Shown here: one piece after another, positions 60,593-64,000 of the stretch
How positions within the stretch are numbered: the first letter of the stretch is position 1
How the letters are laid out: the number at the start of each line of letters is the position of its first letter
Assembly (NCBI RefSeq): GCF_009914755.1
Contig: NC_060933.1
Length of the DNA: 64,000 nt
Origin: the human T2T-CHM13v2.0 reference genome, Homo sapiens
Strand: one strand, 5' to 3'
Program-made: the position numbers and the translations under genes
Notes under the pieces: model-generated
The model's database searches: none
Seen by the model: the letters and a program-made list of their open reading frames with translations, nothing else
Told to the model about the DNA's origin: nothing

Positions 60593-61450
60593 TTAGATAC
60601 AGGGGATACCTGTGCAGGTTTGTTACATAGGTATTTTGCATGATGCTGAGATTTGGGGTATAGATCCTGTCACCCATGTAGTGAACATAGTACTCAGGTA
60701 GTTTTTCAATCCCTGCCATCTTCCTCCTTCCTCCCTCTAGTAGTCTACAGTGTCTATTGTTCCCATATTTATGAGTACCCAATGTTTAGATGCCACTCAT
60801 TTTTTAAAACTTTTTTTTTTAATTTTATTTTTTTGAGATGGGGTCTCACTCTGTCACCCAGGCTGGAGTGCACGGGCATGATCACAGCTCACTGCAACCT
60901 TAACTCCTGGGCTCAAGCAACCCTTCACCTCAGCCTCCCAAGTAGCTGGGACCACAGGCATGTGCCACTTATGCCCAGCAAATTAAAAAATTCTTGTGTA
61001 GAGATAGGGTCTCATTATGTTTCCTAGGCTGGTCTTGAACTCCTGGCCTCAAGCAATCCTCTTGTCTCAGACTCCCAAAGTGCTGGGATTACAGGCATGA
61101 TTATAGGCCTGGCCCCTAGCTCCCATTTATAAATGAGAATATGCAATATATGGTTTTCTGTTCCTGCATTAATTTGCTTAAAATTATGGCCTCCAACTGC
61201 ATCCATGTTGTTGCAAAGGACATTTCACTGTTTTTTATGGCTGCATAGTATTCCATGATGCATATGTACCACATTTTCTTTATCCAGTCCACTGTTGATG
61301 GGTACCTAGGTTGATTTGATGTCTCTGCTATTGTGAATAATGCTGCGATGAATATATGAGGGTATGTGTTTTTTTGGTAGAACAATTTGTTTTCTTTTCA
61401 TTATATACCCAGTAATGGGATTGCTGGGTTGAATGCTAGCTCTGTTTTAA
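60593..61450 (-). mobile_element. L1 (L1PA/PB-like) 3' fragment interrupted by an Alu (-, ~60825-61113)
   Basis: gtgcaggtttgttacataggta; tccatgttgttgcaaaggaca; tatatacccagtaatgggattgctggg. Confidence 0.85.
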
Positions 61451-62384
61451 TTAAAGTGGAGCAGTATGACATACTTTTAAAGAGATAGAGAAGGATATTT
61501 GTCAATGGCTTTAATGCCTACCCCCAAAAGTATATGCTTCCCATAGGGAGTGTACCAATTTATACTCCCACTAGTAATGTCTTAAGAGTGGTTTTCTCTT
61601 TCCTAACCCATCAGTAATGTATCAAACTTTTGGATTTTCACTTATCTGCTAGGCTCTTTTTGCTATCCTGTTTAGGTGAAATGCTTCCAACATATAGAAT
61701 TATTTATATTTCAAAAATTCTCAGAGACTTTATATTTGCTGTTTCCCATGCTTAGAATGCTCTTTCTCTTAATTCACTTAGCTAACTTTTCATTCACATC
61801 TTTTAAAACCCAGTCAGCTGTCAGTTTTGGGGTAAAGTTTCTAGACTCTTTGCATATTTTTTTCTACTGCATGATGATGTAATGGAGTTACTTGTTTACT
61901 GCTATGTCTTACTTTTCTGTGTACTTCTTGTAAGATCCTTTAATGTCAGGCTAAGCTTTTTAAGGCTGATATTCAAGAGCCCAGTATGGAATCTGGCAAA
62001 GTGTGTTTAGCTAACCTTTTGTGGATGCTTAACCAGCCAGAGATGCCCCGCATTATTTCCACAGAAGTCTCCATGTGCTTCTTTATCTTCTAATTAATAC
62101 TATTTTTAATTATTCCCAAGGCCCAGCACTTAAAGTCAATAATAGCAGAATATTAACTATTAACATTAGCTATATTTTCTTATATAAGCTTTATATACAT
62201 GAACATAAATTTACTGAATTTAGATCATAATATGTGTGGATTTAAACATTTTTTTTCTCACTTTGTTTTTGTGAACTTTATTCTGGGTTATTAAATATTT
62301 TTGAAAACATGATTTAATGACTTAATAGATTAATATTCTCTTATATAGGTATTTTATAATATTCCTCTTGTTTCTTTCTTTTCT

Positions 62385-62956
<572 letters not shown>

Positions 62957-64000
62957 TCAGGGGTATATATATATTTTAAGACTTCTGTCAAACTTCTTAA
63001 TTTATTTTCAGAAAAGCTTTTCCGGTTTGTACTTTCAGTATTTGAGTGTGCTGTACCAACATTAAGTATTCTTATTTTAGAAAATTTTTGCCAATTTGAC
63101 AGAAGAATGGTATACCATTGTTTAATTTGCATTTCTTTGATTATCTGTGATTTGAATATATCTCATAAGTTTATAGGTCACTTATACTTCTTCAGCTAAT
63201 ATTACATCAAAGAGACTTTGAGAATCATAGAAACCTAGTTACACTTATGCTATTCCTATAAGATTGTCAGTCACTTGAGGGAAGAGGTTATATAGAGTCA
63301 TCTCTGTGTCTTCTGGGCTGGCTGAGTACATGGCCATATGTACTTAATAAGTGTTTGATGACATTGCTATTGCTGATGAGGCAGTAATGTTGGTAGTGTG
63401 GGTGGGAGTGGATATGAATCTGTACCTTATTTGGCTTAGCTGCAGAAAAATCTGGGGGAGGAGGTGAGACTTTAGCTCTAGAAACGGAGATTGCGGTGGC
63501 AGCGGGTGGGTGGGTGTTCCAGGTGGAAGGGACAGTTCAGGAGAAGGCATGGAGATAGGCCAGGAAGAAGGCTTGACAGGAGCTCTTGGGTTGTTGAAGA
63601 AAGCTGAGGAAGGAGAGCCTTGGTAAGCAGAGACAGAACAGCAAATAGATGAGAAGGCCTGGGTTTAAATGGAGCAGTCTCAGGAGAGGTAGGATTACAG
63701 CTGCCAGCCTGAGAGGTAGATCAGCATTTTCTTAGGGGCGATCATTAAGACAGAGAACGAATCGAAACTCTTCTGCAAAGTTCCGTTCTCACTTGTTACT
63801 CCCTCCCAAGAAAAGTGACTTCCTTCTTGTTCTATAATTGAAGCCTCAAAAATGGGTCCCTAGGGGAAAAATAATGAGGCTTAAGGAGAGGGCTTTTGAG
63901 AACTGCACCATTCAGACTTTGCACCAGGGAAATACTCTTTCCATAATCTTAAACTCTGGAATTTTTTCTGATCATGTCTGCCTATCTTAACTTCTCAACT

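Overview
Primate (human-like) genomic DNA, Alu/L1/LTR-rich with no CpG island, lying wholly inside UNC13B (Munc13-2, a synaptic vesicle priming factor) on the + strand. Four ubMunc13-2 exons join in phase (165-222, 36861-37095, 51628-51942, 55068-55158); the last carries the calmodulin-binding helix. A 36-nt microexon (32234-32269) is homologous to a UNC13A segment. The main feature is an ~8.7 kb open frame (40933-49656) forming a giant alternative exon. Its 5' end has a strong acceptor at 41028 and an AG|GT site at 41330/41331 that can serve as both acceptor and donor; its best in-phase 3' boundary is only a weak GC donor. The encoded ~2,750-2,850 aa low-complexity insert has clustered PxDLS-type CtBP/RIBEYE-binding motifs, an aromatic island, a 38-aa tandem repeat and ~20 ALPS-like amphipathic motifs, suggesting (inference) a Piccolo/Bassoon-like vesicle-tethering Munc13-2 isoform. 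Non-coding oddities: a ~200-bp near-perfect inverted repeat next to the microexon, a direct duplication bracketing the 315-nt exon, a palindromic RFX X-box and a rearranged MER85. Identifications rest on recall and reading by eye, not database searches; repeat boundaries are approximate.
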